Source of the DNA: an archaeon
GTDB taxonomy: Archaea; Nanobdellota; Nanobdellia; Woesearchaeales; GW2011-AR9
Assembly (NCBI GenBank): GCA_018697095.1
Contig: JABHSG010000004.1
Coordinates: forward strand, 366,452 to 390,451
DNA length: 24,000 bases
Direction of reading: 5' to 3'
The translations under genes were made by a program, and so were the position numbers. How positions within the stretch are numbered: the stretch's first letter is position 1; each line of letters opens with the position of its first letter. This document shows positions 1-7,971 of this stretch, piece by piece. The notes under the pieces were generated by a model, which saw nothing but the letters and a program-made list of their open reading frames with translations, was not told the origin of the DNA and did no database searches.

Positions 1-990
1 GTCAGTCAAGTATTGAACTGGTTCGTAGTTATCATTTTGATCAAAAAAAGCCCTACTGGCACAAGAGAGTATAGTCATGTTTCGATAAGTATTTGCAAAC
101 CCATTAGTTTGTATACCAACATCTGTATCAACAATCAATTCATTTTCAAACAATGAATTTGTAGTTGTAGAAGAGACTCTATATCCAGAGGTTGGAAAAT
201 CGTAATAATGATTATTACGTACAGTTAGATTCCGATTTATTCCAAGTATATCCATTGCTCTTGTAAGGCCTGCACTAAAATTATTAAATTCAAATAAAGA
301 ATCATTAATAGCAATGGCTATAAGTCCAGCACCGGTAATATTTATATCAGAAAATCTGGCACCTGCAGAATAATAATAAAGGATTCTTGAATCATTAATA
401 TTGATATAGCTAATATTCATTGGACCCTGTATATACCGAATATCAAAAGCAGTAGAAAAATTACTGATATTTGCAAAATTTTTAATTGTGACATTTGAAA
501 CATCCCAGGCATTAATTGCTATTCCTGAGCCTGGACCTGTGATTGTATAACCAGCCCCGTCTAAAACAAGATTACTTGCACTGATATTAAAACAATCTCC
601 ACTAGCTGTGATATTATCAGTCAGTATTGAGTTTGAACTGATATCGCCACAACTACTTACTGCAGCTGTAACTTCTTCTTCATCAATTGCTGAAACACCA
701 ACTTCTTCTTCAACCAAACCTTCGTCCAAAGGTTCTATCTCTTCTTCACTTGAGTCAGATTCCTCAGGAACTTCTTCTTCTATTACTGTAGCACTAATCT
801 CATCCAAACCTTCACTGATAGAATCTTCTCCAATAACGCCAGTATCCAGCCCACTTGAAATTGAACCAACTCCTATTGCTGCACCAGTAAATCCAGAAGA
901 ATCAAGAAGCAAAAAACCAAAACCAATTATGAAAAGAACTAATGATATAGTCAAAACTATTCCTGCTTTAGAAACACTCCCCATCCTCAT
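1..990 (-). CDS. Anchored surface protein, N-terminal 330 codons (gene starts at 990 and runs off the window at 1): signal-anchor TM helix, acidic linker, then parallel beta-helix (PbH1/NosD-like) repeats
   Basis: I translated the minus strand by hand from ATG 990-988. It stays open for all 330 codons to position 1: MRMGSVSKAGIVLTISLVLFIIGFGFLLLDSSGFTGAAIG...EEEVPEESDSSEEEIEPLDEGLVEEE...CGDISSNSILTDNITASGDCFNISASNLVLDGAGYTITGPGSGIAINAWDVSNVTIKNFANISN.... It is absent from the ORF track because there is no stop inside the window. Track ORF 608..997(+) is its antisense shadow. Confidence 0.6.
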   Translation of the reverse strand, partial: MRMGSVSKAGIVLTISLVLFIIGFGFLLLDSSGFTGAAIGVGSISSGLDTGVIGEDSISEGLDEISATVIEEEVPEESDSSEEEIEPLDEGLVEEEVGVSAIDEEEVTAAVSSCGDISSNSILTDNITASGDCFNISASNLVLDGAGYTITGPGSGIAINAWDVSNVTIKNFANISNFSTAFDIRYIQGPMNISYININDSRILYYYSAGARFSDINITGAGLIAIAINDSLFEFNNFSAGLTRAMDILGINRNLTVRNNHYYDFPTSGYRVSSTTTNSLFENELIVDTDVGIQTNGFANTYRNMTILSCASRAFFDQNDNYEPVQYLTD

Positions 991-1133
991 AAAATAAAGC
1001 AACTGATGGTATATAAACATTTAGCCTATTTCCACTCGACAAAAAGCAAAATAATAACTAAAAAAGAGAGATTAAAAAACAAGCAACCAAAAACAACAAT
1101 TAAAAAGTATAATCAAAAAAAACATGCTCAAAT

Positions 1134-1787
1134 CTACACAAAAATGTCCCATTTAGAAGCTACTTCTTCAAGTGGGATCCCTAAAGCAATATCACTAACA
1201 TATTTTTTATATTCCTTAAGCTCTTCAACATGTCTTGAACAAAGTTTTTCCATTACGCCGCGACTCGTATTCATAGCAGAGAATACCTTCCCATTGCTTC
1301 GATAAAAATTCTCTTGCAAGATAGTACAATCTTCATCCTTCCTACGATTAGCTTTTGGTATTTCAACTTTCACAGTACCATCTTTTCTAAATCCAAAAGA
1401 AAATGGAAATATCCTACATATTGCAGGTCGATCATTAAATATTTGACAACCATCTCCGTCAACTAAAAAATGACAATGACCTTCTTTTCGAATCAGTTGC
1501 AACACTTTCCCATCTTCATATGCTTCAAACATGAAAGGATCACTCTCTTGGACACCTTTAGCAAATGAATCTCCAACTACTCCAAAAACTGCAATAGAAT
1601 CTAGCGGCAAACCAGTTGCTTTTGAAATACGCATAACATCATGTAAAGTCACAAAAATGCCACTGCCACTTCCAGTACAACAGCCACCACCTTCACTAAC
1701 ACAACGCTCACATGCAGAAAGGTTGGAGTAAGAATCATCATCTGTTAAAACATTCAATTTCACCATGAGATCCAAAGCGCGCAACAC
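1134..1787 (-). CDS. YkgJ-family (UPF0153) cysteine-cluster zinc/iron-chelating protein
   Basis: N-terminal CERCVSEGGGCC cluster, then HCHFLVDGDGCQIFNDRPAICRIFPF, the typical YkgJ pattern. Codon 1787 is GTG; an in-frame ATG at 1766 is an alternative start. Confidence 0.7.
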   Translation of the reverse strand: MLRALDLMVKLNVLTDDDSYSNLSACERCVSEGGGCCTGSGSGIFVTLHDVMRISKATGLPLDSIAVFGVVGDSFAKGVQESDPFMFEAYEDGKVLQLIRKEGHCHFLVDGDGCQIFNDRPAICRIFPFSFGFRKDGTVKVEIPKANRRKDEDCTILQENFYRSNGKVFSAMNTSRGVMEKLCSRHVEELKEYKKYVSDIALGIPLEEVASKWDIFV

Positions 1788-1905
1788 TTCCTTTTAAGGC
1801 TACCTATTCTCAAATCTATCTCCTATAACACAAAGAGATAATCAAAGAAACATTTAAAGAAAAATCAAAGAAATATTAAAAATAAAAAATAAAAAATAAT
1901 CAGTT

Positions 1906-2175
1906 TTATTGCCAGATTTCATACTCTTTTATGATGAGTACTAAAAAGAGTATCAGTAGCACAGCTCCAGCAATCATATACCAAACACCATCTCTAAGAA
2001 GACCAGTGTTAAGAGACTGAAACATTCCCCAGCCCATTACTGCAAAACCAAGCCACAAAAATTTATCCAAAACCAATTTCATGATTTCAAACTCTTGACT
2101 TGCAGTCATCCTTTTTTTAGAAGAACGGTTAGCTGGTGCTCGTACCATTCCCTTTTTTGACCGTTTTTTTACCAT
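1906..2175 (-). CDS. Small membrane protein (basic N-terminus, two predicted TM helices), function unknown
   Basis: Track ORF of 89 aa. Hydrophobic segments FLWLGFAVMGWGMF and VWYMIAGAVLLILFLVLII. Same strand as the flanking genes. Confidence 0.45.
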   Translation of the reverse strand: MVKKRSKKGMVRAPANRSSKKRMTASQEFEIMKLVLDKFLWLGFAVMGWGMFQSLNTGLLRDGVWYMIAGAVLLILFLVLIIKEYEIWQ

Positions 2176-2202
2176 CTTAATTCATACCTCTAATTTTAAT
2201 CC

Positions 2203-2793
2203 CTAACTAGTCTTCACAAAAAAGTTTGCAGTAGCATACTCTGTAACGCCAGCCCCACTTGAATCTTCTGCTTCCCAAAGTACAATTTTATACAGATATG
2301 TCCCTTGTTTATCTGGAGCAGTTAACGAAAACTTAATTATGTCTGTATCACCTGCACTAATTTCACGATAATCATTATCCCAAAAAATTTTTACATCAGC
2401 AGCACTAGTTGCCAAAGACATTTTTTCCCCACTAATAAAATCTGCAAAATCGATACCATCTTTCACATGAAAAGTAACTGCAAAAAACTTAGACTGGTCG
2501 TCAGTATTTTTTATTCCAACAGCTTGAACTTCTTCATCTTTAAGTTCCAAAGTTAATTCATCACTAGGAAAACTCAATTTATTATTTGATCTTCGCAGAT
2601 CATCCATGATTTGTTGCTGAATTTGATCTTGCACTGAACTTGAAGTATCAGTTATTTGCTCGAATTGCCCTTTTACAAAACCAAGAGCTAAACCAAGTAC
2701 CACAAAAGCAATTACAACTATTACAATTGCTTCAATAGATAAGTTCAATGAAGCTTTTTTGTTAAACTTCTTTTTAAATTTAGAATACACCAT
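2203..2793 (-). CDS. Archaeal type IV pilin-like protein (class III signal peptide)
   Basis: From the internal ATG at 2793 the N-terminus reads MVYSKFKKKFNKKA/SLNLSIEAIVIVVIAFVVLGLALGF: basic n-region, small residue, then a hydrophobic helix. That ATG is preceded by GAGGTGATC (2800-2808, minus strand) with a 6-nt spacer. The track start at 2868 is probably too far upstream. Lies next to a prepilin peptidase gene. Confidence 0.6.
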   Translation of the reverse strand: MVYSKFKKKFNKKASLNLSIEAIVIVVIAFVVLGLALGFVKGQFEQITDTSSSVQDQIQQQIMDDLRRSNNKLSFPSDELTLELKDEEVQAVGIKNTDDQSKFFAVTFHVKDGIDFADFISGEKMSLATSAADVKIFWDNDYREISAGDTDIIKFSLTAPDKQGTYLYKIVLWEAEDSSGAGVTEYATANFFVKTS

Positions 2794-2959
2794 CTCTTTG
2801 ATCACCTCAATCATTAATTTATAACACGCATCTCTTTTACTATCATGTACTTCAATAGCACTAAACAAATATAACTATCTTAAGGTATAAAAAGCTTTAT
2901 GTTTAGGGTGTTAGAAAAACCAAGTAAATCGCATAAATTATTAAAAAACAAAAATTCTA

Positions 2960-3859
2960 TTAATATAAAAGGTTAAAAATTAACATAAAGAAATTTTGAC
3001 CAAATATTAAAAAAACATAAGCAAGCAAAAAACTTGGAACAAAAGGAACTCCTTCTTTTATCTTCACTGATTCCAACTTTCCACTCCCATAATACTTTAA
3101 CAATATTTTCAGATCTGATCGATCAAGTGTTTTTTTAGCAATAATTTTCTTACTACCAACAAACACAGTTTCACTAAGCCAATCACCTTCAACTAAGTCT
3201 ACTATATCTTTTTGAACGAAAAAACTACTTCTTTCAACAGCTGTGATAAACAAAAACAAAAAATAAGCAAGTAAGATGAATATTACAAATAACAAAATTG
3301 AAACATCAATAAAAATTCCAAGCAGCAAAAAAAGTAAACTGCTAATAATAGTTATATAAAAATAATTTTTACTTTTATAGAAAACCACCTTAAATTCTTC
3401 CAAGAAGCTCTTCCAATGACTAACCGCCATAAACAAACTAAACACAAGTGACCATAAGGCCCCAAAAGAGAATAACAATACAAAAAAGACCACCAATTCA
3501 AATCCACTATACATACTAACTTCTTTTAAAGATGTGAATATAAAATCAAACCCAATTAACATACCCATGCCCATCAAAAGTTTACTATCAGCGCCACCCC
3601 ATTGCCCTGCATAATACAAAAACAAAGATAACAAAAAGAAAATCAAAAAACCAACTATCCCTGAAACAAAAAATTGCCAACCAGATTCAAAAATGCCAAT
3701 TACTCTATATCCAAAAGCAAAAAATAATAATCCTAAACTCAAAAGATCATATACTTCGCGAGATTTAATATCTTGCACTGATGCTACTAATAAAACAAAA
3801 AGAACAACCAAACTGGTAAAAAATTCTACGCCAATAAATTCTATCCCTACCATACACAT
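2960..3859 (-). CDS. A24-family prepilin/preflagellin peptidase (PibD/FlaK-like) with extended C-terminal region
   Basis: Polytopic membrane protein. First catalytic Asp context is LLVASVQDIKSREVYD; second is the GxGD-type motif QWGGADSKLLMGMG. A second in-frame ATG lies at 3853. Confidence 0.75.
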   Translation of the reverse strand: MCMVGIEFIGVEFFTSLVVLFVLLVASVQDIKSREVYDLLSLGLLFFAFGYRVIGIFESGWQFFVSGIVGFLIFFLLSLFLYYAGQWGGADSKLLMGMGMLIGFDFIFTSLKEVSMYSGFELVVFFVLLFSFGALWSLVFSLFMAVSHWKSFLEEFKVVFYKSKNYFYITIISSLLFLLLGIFIDVSILLFVIFILLAYFLFLFITAVERSSFFVQKDIVDLVEGDWLSETVFVGSKKIIAKKTLDRSDLKILLKYYGSGKLESVKIKEGVPFVPSFLLAYVFLIFGQNFFMLIFNLLY

Positions 3860-3984
3860 ACCTTACTATAACTCAACTATAACACAACTATAACACAATT
3901 TATAACACATATAAAACATCTTTTTTTTACAGATATATAAAATAAGCCTAAGTACACCCAGATAATACCTCCCTCAAGCAAAAG

Positions 3985-3992
3985 TTTATAAA
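3985..3992 (+). promoter_or_regulatory. TATA box (TTTATAAA) for the 4039 gene; this mRNA appears leadered and has an SD
   Basis: TTTATAAA lies 47 nt before ATG 4039. GAGGTG at 4031-4036 sits just upstream of the ATG. Confidence 0.45.
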
Positions 3993-4038
3993 TTAAATCT
4001 ACGCCATTACTGATTGTATTTGACTTTTCAGAGGTGTT

Positions 4039-4590
4039 ATGGTGGCAAAGGTAAATCCTAAATCAAAAAAACAAATGTATGAAATTCTTCCACAAGATAT
4101 TTTAGAAGCCCTACGCTTTGATGTAGAAGCTCTTAAAAAAAAATTAGAAGAACCAACAAACAAAACAAATGAACTGATTTTAGAAATCGAAAGTCTAAAA
4201 GATTCTATTCATGATCTAAATGATATTTTCAAAAAAGCACTTCATCAAACTGAAGACGAAGACATTTACAAAACAATTCATTCGTTAAATGAACGCCTTG
4301 AGACAGTTCAAACACAAAACGAAACTATCGCAAAAGGAATGATTGCAATTTCTGACAAAGTAGAAAGTTTTGTACAGAGTCAAAATTCAAACAAAACCCC
4401 AAACTCACTTCCAATTTCCAAAGAGTCAATGCAAAATCAGATGAGAAGACCAACGCAAAATAATCTTCCACCACAGATGCAAAGAGTTCATCAAAGTATA
4501 GTCCCACCACCACCAGGAATGGGAAGGCCAAGCATGGGAGGAGTCCCACCACCAAGCCCAGCTGGAAGAAAAAAACGTAGCTTTTTTTGA
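4039..4590 (+). CDS. Coiled-coil protein with Q/N-rich region and polyproline-basic C-terminal tail, function unknown
   Basis: Track ORF of 183 aa. Heptad-like helical N-terminal two thirds; C-terminus VPPPPGMGRPSMGGVPPPSPAGRKKRSFF. SD GAGGTG upstream. Confidence 0.5.
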   Translation: MVAKVNPKSKKQMYEILPQDILEALRFDVEALKKKLEEPTNKTNELILEIESLKDSIHDLNDIFKKALHQTEDEDIYKTIHSLNERLETVQTQNETIAKGMIAISDKVESFVQSQNSNKTPNSLPISKESMQNQMRRPTQNNLPPQMQRVHQSIVPPPPGMGRPSMGGVPPPSPAGRKKRSFF

Positions 4591-4624
4591 AAATAAAAAA
4601 TAATTAATATTAAAAAATAAAAAG

Positions 4625-5749
4625 ATGACATCACTTAGAACAAGACAATTGCTGAGTACTGCAGCAAGGATAAAAAAAGACGAGGCGCAATCTCTGTCTC
4701 GTGATGAGATCAGTAAAAAAATAGATGAGATAAAATATCTTTCTTCTAAAAAAAATGTTCCAAAGTTAAGTTTACGTAAAGAGATCTTGCATTTAGAAAA
4801 ACAGCTAGGATCTTTATTCAATATTGAAAAAAAATTACTACGTAAAGAAGAGCATGAATCAATAAGAGTATCCAACCTAAAGCGCCAAGTAACTCTTCTA
4901 AAAACTAAAATTGAAAAATCCAGCAATCCAGACATTGAAGAGAAAATAGAAAAGTTAACCATGATTTTAGGAGAACTTTTAGCCAAATCAGATACTGCTG
5001 ACAATATTAGACTTAAAGCAAAACTCGATGAAACCCTGCACTTAGAAAAAGGCAAATGGGAAAGACAAAAGCAAATGCAAGACAACTCTAAACTAAACAG
5101 TTATGGTTCCAATGAACTATCTCCTGCAAAAAAAGCAAGAGCATTAAATTTGATTAAAAAAACTACTCAATTAAGAGAACTTCTTGAAAATAAAGCAAAC
5201 ATTGCTAAAAATAATGGTAATGATAAACTTCTTGAAAAGTTAAAACAAGATATTTTCCTATTAGAAAAAAAATTAGACCAATTAAAACAAGATTTCCCTC
5301 AACTAAAAAAAGAAATAGCTTTAGAATTGGAAAAAGAAAAAGCTTTTGCAAAAAGTATTGGAGCACAAATAATTCCAAGCCAAATTTCTCCAATCAGATC
5401 TCACTTAGAAAGTTCAACCGCTACCCCAGCAGACACTAGCGCCCCACAAGTAAAACATAATATGATGATGGTCCATCCAAATATCAATGGCAACCAAGAG
5501 GACATCACTTCAGAGTCTGCACTTCCAAGAGATAATCAAGGAGTACTACAAAATCAAGGTCAAAATCTCGAAGAATCTATGCAAGAAGCAAATAGTGAAC
5601 AAATAAGCCAATTTGCAAACCAAATGAATGGCCCACAAACCGCGCAAATGGGAACAATTGATCAAGCAGACATCAATGAACAAGAGTTAAACGATGAGTT
5701 AATTGCAGAATTACCTCTGCCACCACCACCTAGGATCAAAAGAAGATAA
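4625..5749 (+). CDS. Long coiled-coil protein with Q/N-rich region and polyproline-basic C-terminal tail, function unknown
   Basis: Track ORF of 374 aa, K/E/L-rich with a heptad character. C-terminus ELPLPPPPRIKRR. Tandem with and co-oriented to the 4039 gene (34-nt gap). Confidence 0.5.
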   Translation: MTSLRTRQLLSTAARIKKDEAQSLSRDEISKKIDEIKYLSSKKNVPKLSLRKEILHLEKQLGSLFNIEKKLLRKEEHESIRVSNLKRQVTLLKTKIEKSSNPDIEEKIEKLTMILGELLAKSDTADNIRLKAKLDETLHLEKGKWERQKQMQDNSKLNSYGSNELSPAKKARALNLIKKTTQLRELLENKANIAKNNGNDKLLEKLKQDIFLLEKKLDQLKQDFPQLKKEIALELEKEKAFAKSIGAQIIPSQISPIRSHLESSTATPADTSAPQVKHNMMMVHPNINGNQEDITSESALPRDNQGVLQNQGQNLEESMQEANSEQISQFANQMNGPQTAQMGTIDQADINEQELNDELIAELPLPPPPRIKRR

Positions 5750-5796
5750 GTTACTATTCTCTACTATTAAAAAAATTGAAATTAAATTAAAAAATT

Positions 5797-5973
5797 CTAA
5801 ACATCCCTAGGCATTACGGTTTTACGTCCATTTTCCTTAGCACGATTACAAGCGTCAGTAATTAATGCTCTAACTTTAGAATCTAATTTGTCCATAAAAT
5901 CATTAGACATATTTTCAACACCAGTACCACTTTCTCGAAGCAGATCTTTTATTTGAGTTCTTACAACTATCAT
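5797..5973 (-). CDS. Small histone-fold-like (DUF1931-type) protein, 58 aa
   Basis: My own translation: MIVVRTQIKDLLRESGTGVENMSNDFMDKLDSKVRALITDACNRAKENGRKTVMPRDV*. The ...A..RAK.NGRKTV..RDV end resembles the alpha2-L2-alpha3 part of histone-fold proteins. A minus-strand TATA box TTTATATT (5995-6002) lies 22 nt before the ATG. It is just below the apparent 60-aa cutoff of the ORF track. Confidence 0.5.
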   Translation of the reverse strand: MIVVRTQIKDLLRESGTGVENMSNDFMDKLDSKVRALITDACNRAKENGRKTVMPRDV

Positions 5974-5994
5974 AATACTAAAAATACTTTTCTA

Positions 5995-6002
5995 AATATA
6001 AA
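5995..6002 (-). promoter_or_regulatory. TATA box (TTTATATT on the minus strand) for the 58-aa ORF
   Basis: Its spacing to ATG 5973 (22 nt) matches the other promoters in this window. Confidence 0.45.
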
Positions 6003-6056
6003 ACTTCTGCTGCTAATTATTCTAAATACTCATTCTATACTAAAATCTCCAAAAAC

Positions 6057-6064
6057 AATATAAA
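6057..6064 (+). promoter_or_regulatory. TATA box (AATATAAA) for the HIT gene
   Basis: Lies 25 nt before ATG 6089, with no SD. Consistent with a leaderless mRNA. Confidence 0.45.
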
Positions 6065-6088
6065 TCATCATTCTACCAAAAATAACTA

Positions 6089-6526
6089 ATGGAACAAAAA
6101 AAAACAGACCAAAACAGTAATCTAGATCATAACTGCATATTCTGTAAAATCGTAAAACAAGAGATTCCTTGTTACAAGATCCATGAAAATGAAAAATTTC
6201 TAACTTTTTTAGATATTACTCCAAGAAATAAAGGGCACTGTTTAGTTATTCCAAAAAAACACTACCGTTGGGTTTGGGACATCAAAGAAGAATATAGTCA
6301 AACTACAAATCTAATTGCAAACGCACTAAAAAAAGCATTTGATACTAACTGGGTCGTTTCGCAAGTAATGGGAGACCAAGTTCCACACGCTCATATCCAC
6401 TTAATTCCTAGGTTCCAAAGTGACAACCATGGAGCTTGCATCAATCCAGAAATCTCAAAAGAATTCACAAAAGAGCAAATGCAAGAATTCACAGAGTTAA
6501 TTTCAAATTCAATTAAATTGCTTTGA
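6089..6526 (+). CDS. HIT-family nucleotide hydrolase/transferase
   Basis: CIFCKIV N-terminal motif and the histidine triad VPHAHIHLIPR. Confidence 0.85.
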   Translation: MEQKKTDQNSNLDHNCIFCKIVKQEIPCYKIHENEKFLTFLDITPRNKGHCLVIPKKHYRWVWDIKEEYSQTTNLIANALKKAFDTNWVVSQVMGDQVPHAHIHLIPRFQSDNHGACINPEISKEFTKEQMQEFTELISNSIKLL

Positions 6527-6584
6527 TAAAACTACTCAGCCAATAAAGCAATCATTTTTAAAAAACCGCTAAAATAAATGGCAA

Positions 6585-7729
6585 ATGCCAGATTTCCATA
6601 TTCATAGAACAAATACCTCAAGTTATTCTGCTAGCGCAACTTATGTCCATGATGGAGTTAGTCTAGACGTAGCACTTGTCCAAGAACAAGGAACAGAGAT
6701 AGGCAAGAAGATTACGGTCTATTCTCAAGTCCAATTACAATTGATGGAAGAGTTGGTATTCTAACTGCAGTTTTAGATGGACATGGAAAAGCAGTTACTT
6801 CTACAGGCATTGGCACAGGAAGACTAGCAGCGCAGATTGGAGCACTCGCAATTGAACTTTATGCCCAAAGTAAAACATTCAAGCCCCAAACAAATGATGA
6901 ATGGATAGCAGATCTAGATCTAAGTATTTCAGAAAGAAGAGTAACTCCTTTAGCTGAAAGAAAATTCATTCACAAAATAATGTATGCTCAACAATTTTGG
7001 ACAGACACACTTTCTACAGAACGTAGACGTGCTAAAAGAATTACTACTGCACTTAGTTTATACCAAGAGATGATAGCTTATGGTGAAATTAAAAACCTAT
7101 CAGATGTAATGATTAAAGGCGCTTACCCTCTTGTCTGCGCACTTGCTCAAGATTTAGACCTCACTGGTCCAAGCGATATGGGTGCAACAGCTTATTTCGG
7201 ATTCTTCGATTTCGACGGAACTGTCCATGGAACTTGGCAAGGAGACACAGTAGACACAATAATTCATGGAGAAAAAGTAACTAGATCTATTGAAGATACT
7301 ATGGGAGCATATAATCTTCAAGAAGCAGGAAAAAAAGTAAATTTTGCAACATTGAAAAGAGTACCAAAACAATATAGGAATATGGTGACTGCAAGTCTAC
7401 GTTTTGGTAGTCCTCCAGACGAAGATCATGATATATGGGATAACAACAAGTGGCTTGATACCACAAGACAAGTAAAAAGTTCCCAATATAATACTGCTTT
7501 TGTCCATTGTGATGGTTTAGATAGACTAAGCCCTGAACTCATGAGAGAAATATATTCAAAAAGCCGCAAAACAGATAAAACTCCTAATAAAAGACACTCC
7601 AGATCAGATTTTATTTCTCAGCTTCAATACTTTGTTGATGAAGCACAAGAAAGAAATATAAAAAATAGCAAAAAAAGTGACAATCTAACTATTTTAGGAG
7701 TAAGAAGACGCGAACATAATGCTGCGTAG
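6585..7729 (+). pseudogene. PP2C (PPM)-like protein phosphatase gene interrupted by a frameshift near 6717-6735
   Basis: The frame starting at ATG 6585 reads MPDFHIHRTNTSSYSASATYVHDGVSLDVALVQEQGTEIGKKITVYSQ... and stops at 6762. The -1 frame is open from 6662 and reads ...SSPITIDGRVGILTAVLDGHGKAVTS...GATAYFGFFDFDGTVHGTWQGDT...AFVHCDGLDRLSPELM...SDNLTILGV. These are PP2C motifs in the canonical order. Track ORF 6980..7729 is only the C-terminal part. A TATA-like TTTTAAAA (6556-6563) lies 22 nt before ATG 6585. Confidence 0.55.
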
Positions 7730-7779
7730 AAAGCTTAATAAAAGAATTCTTAGATAACACCCTTCATTAGCACCAAATT

Positions 7780-7907
7780 GGCGAAGTGGCTTAGTCTGGT
7801 TATGGCACTGTGCTCATATAAATTGAGCGATGAGAAAGTTTTAACTTTCAATGATTATTTTTAGAGTCACACAGAGGTCGGGGGTTCGAATCCCCCCTTC
7901 GCCACCA
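7780..7907 (+). tRNA. tRNA with anticodon CAU (elongator Met or Ile2 type), ~50-nt intron after position 37, encoded CCA
   Basis: Folded by hand. Acceptor GGCGAAG/CTTCGCC; anticodon stem CTGTG (7808-12)/CACAG (7870-74); loop CT-CAT-A; variable AGGTC; T arm GGGGG-TTCGAAT-CCCCC; discriminator A7904, then CCA. G1-C72 and a non-GGG anticodon stem argue against an initiator. Confidence 0.85.
7819..7868 (+). other. tRNA intron at the canonical 37/38 position (relaxed bulge-helix-bulge context)
   Basis: CTC (7813-15) pairs with GAG (7864-66), and AAA (7820-22) pairs with TTT (7860-62). These flank 3-nt bulges at both predicted splice sites. The boundaries are inferred from the cloverleaf only. Confidence 0.6.
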
Positions 7908-7942
7908 TTCTTTTCTCTCCCACTGGTCAACTCCAGGCAGCA

Positions 7943-7950
7943 TTTATTAA
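7943..7950 (+). promoter_or_regulatory. TATA box (TTTATTAA) for the LAGLIDADG gene
   Basis: Lies 22 nt before ATG 7972, which suggests an independent leaderless transcript. Confidence 0.4.
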
Positions 7951-7971
7951 GAACAAAATTTAATCAACCAT

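Noticed and set aside
608-997. Track ORF (+), 129 aa, S/T/P-rich
   Set aside because: It lies antisense to the much longer open minus-strand frame (1..990), which encodes a coherent TM plus beta-helix protein. Its low-complexity Ser/Thr composition is the mirror of the E/D-rich linker codons.
1006-1305. Track ORF (+), 99 aa
   Set aside because: Its 3' half (1134-1305) overlaps the YkgJ-family gene on the opposite strand. The sequence is K-rich with no motif. Likely spurious in AT-rich DNA.
4325-5393. Minus-strand track ORFs 4325..4555, 4426..5085 and 5205..5393
   Set aside because: They lie antisense to the two coiled-coil genes. Their products are S/F/L/W-rich low complexity, typical of reverse frames of K/E-rich coding sequence.
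6578-6607. ATG at 6578 as the start of the PP2C-like gene
   Set aside because: That frame stops after 9 codons (MANARFPYS*). ATG 6585 in the next frame has better TATA spacing and gives a 59-codon frame that joins sensibly to the PP2C frame.
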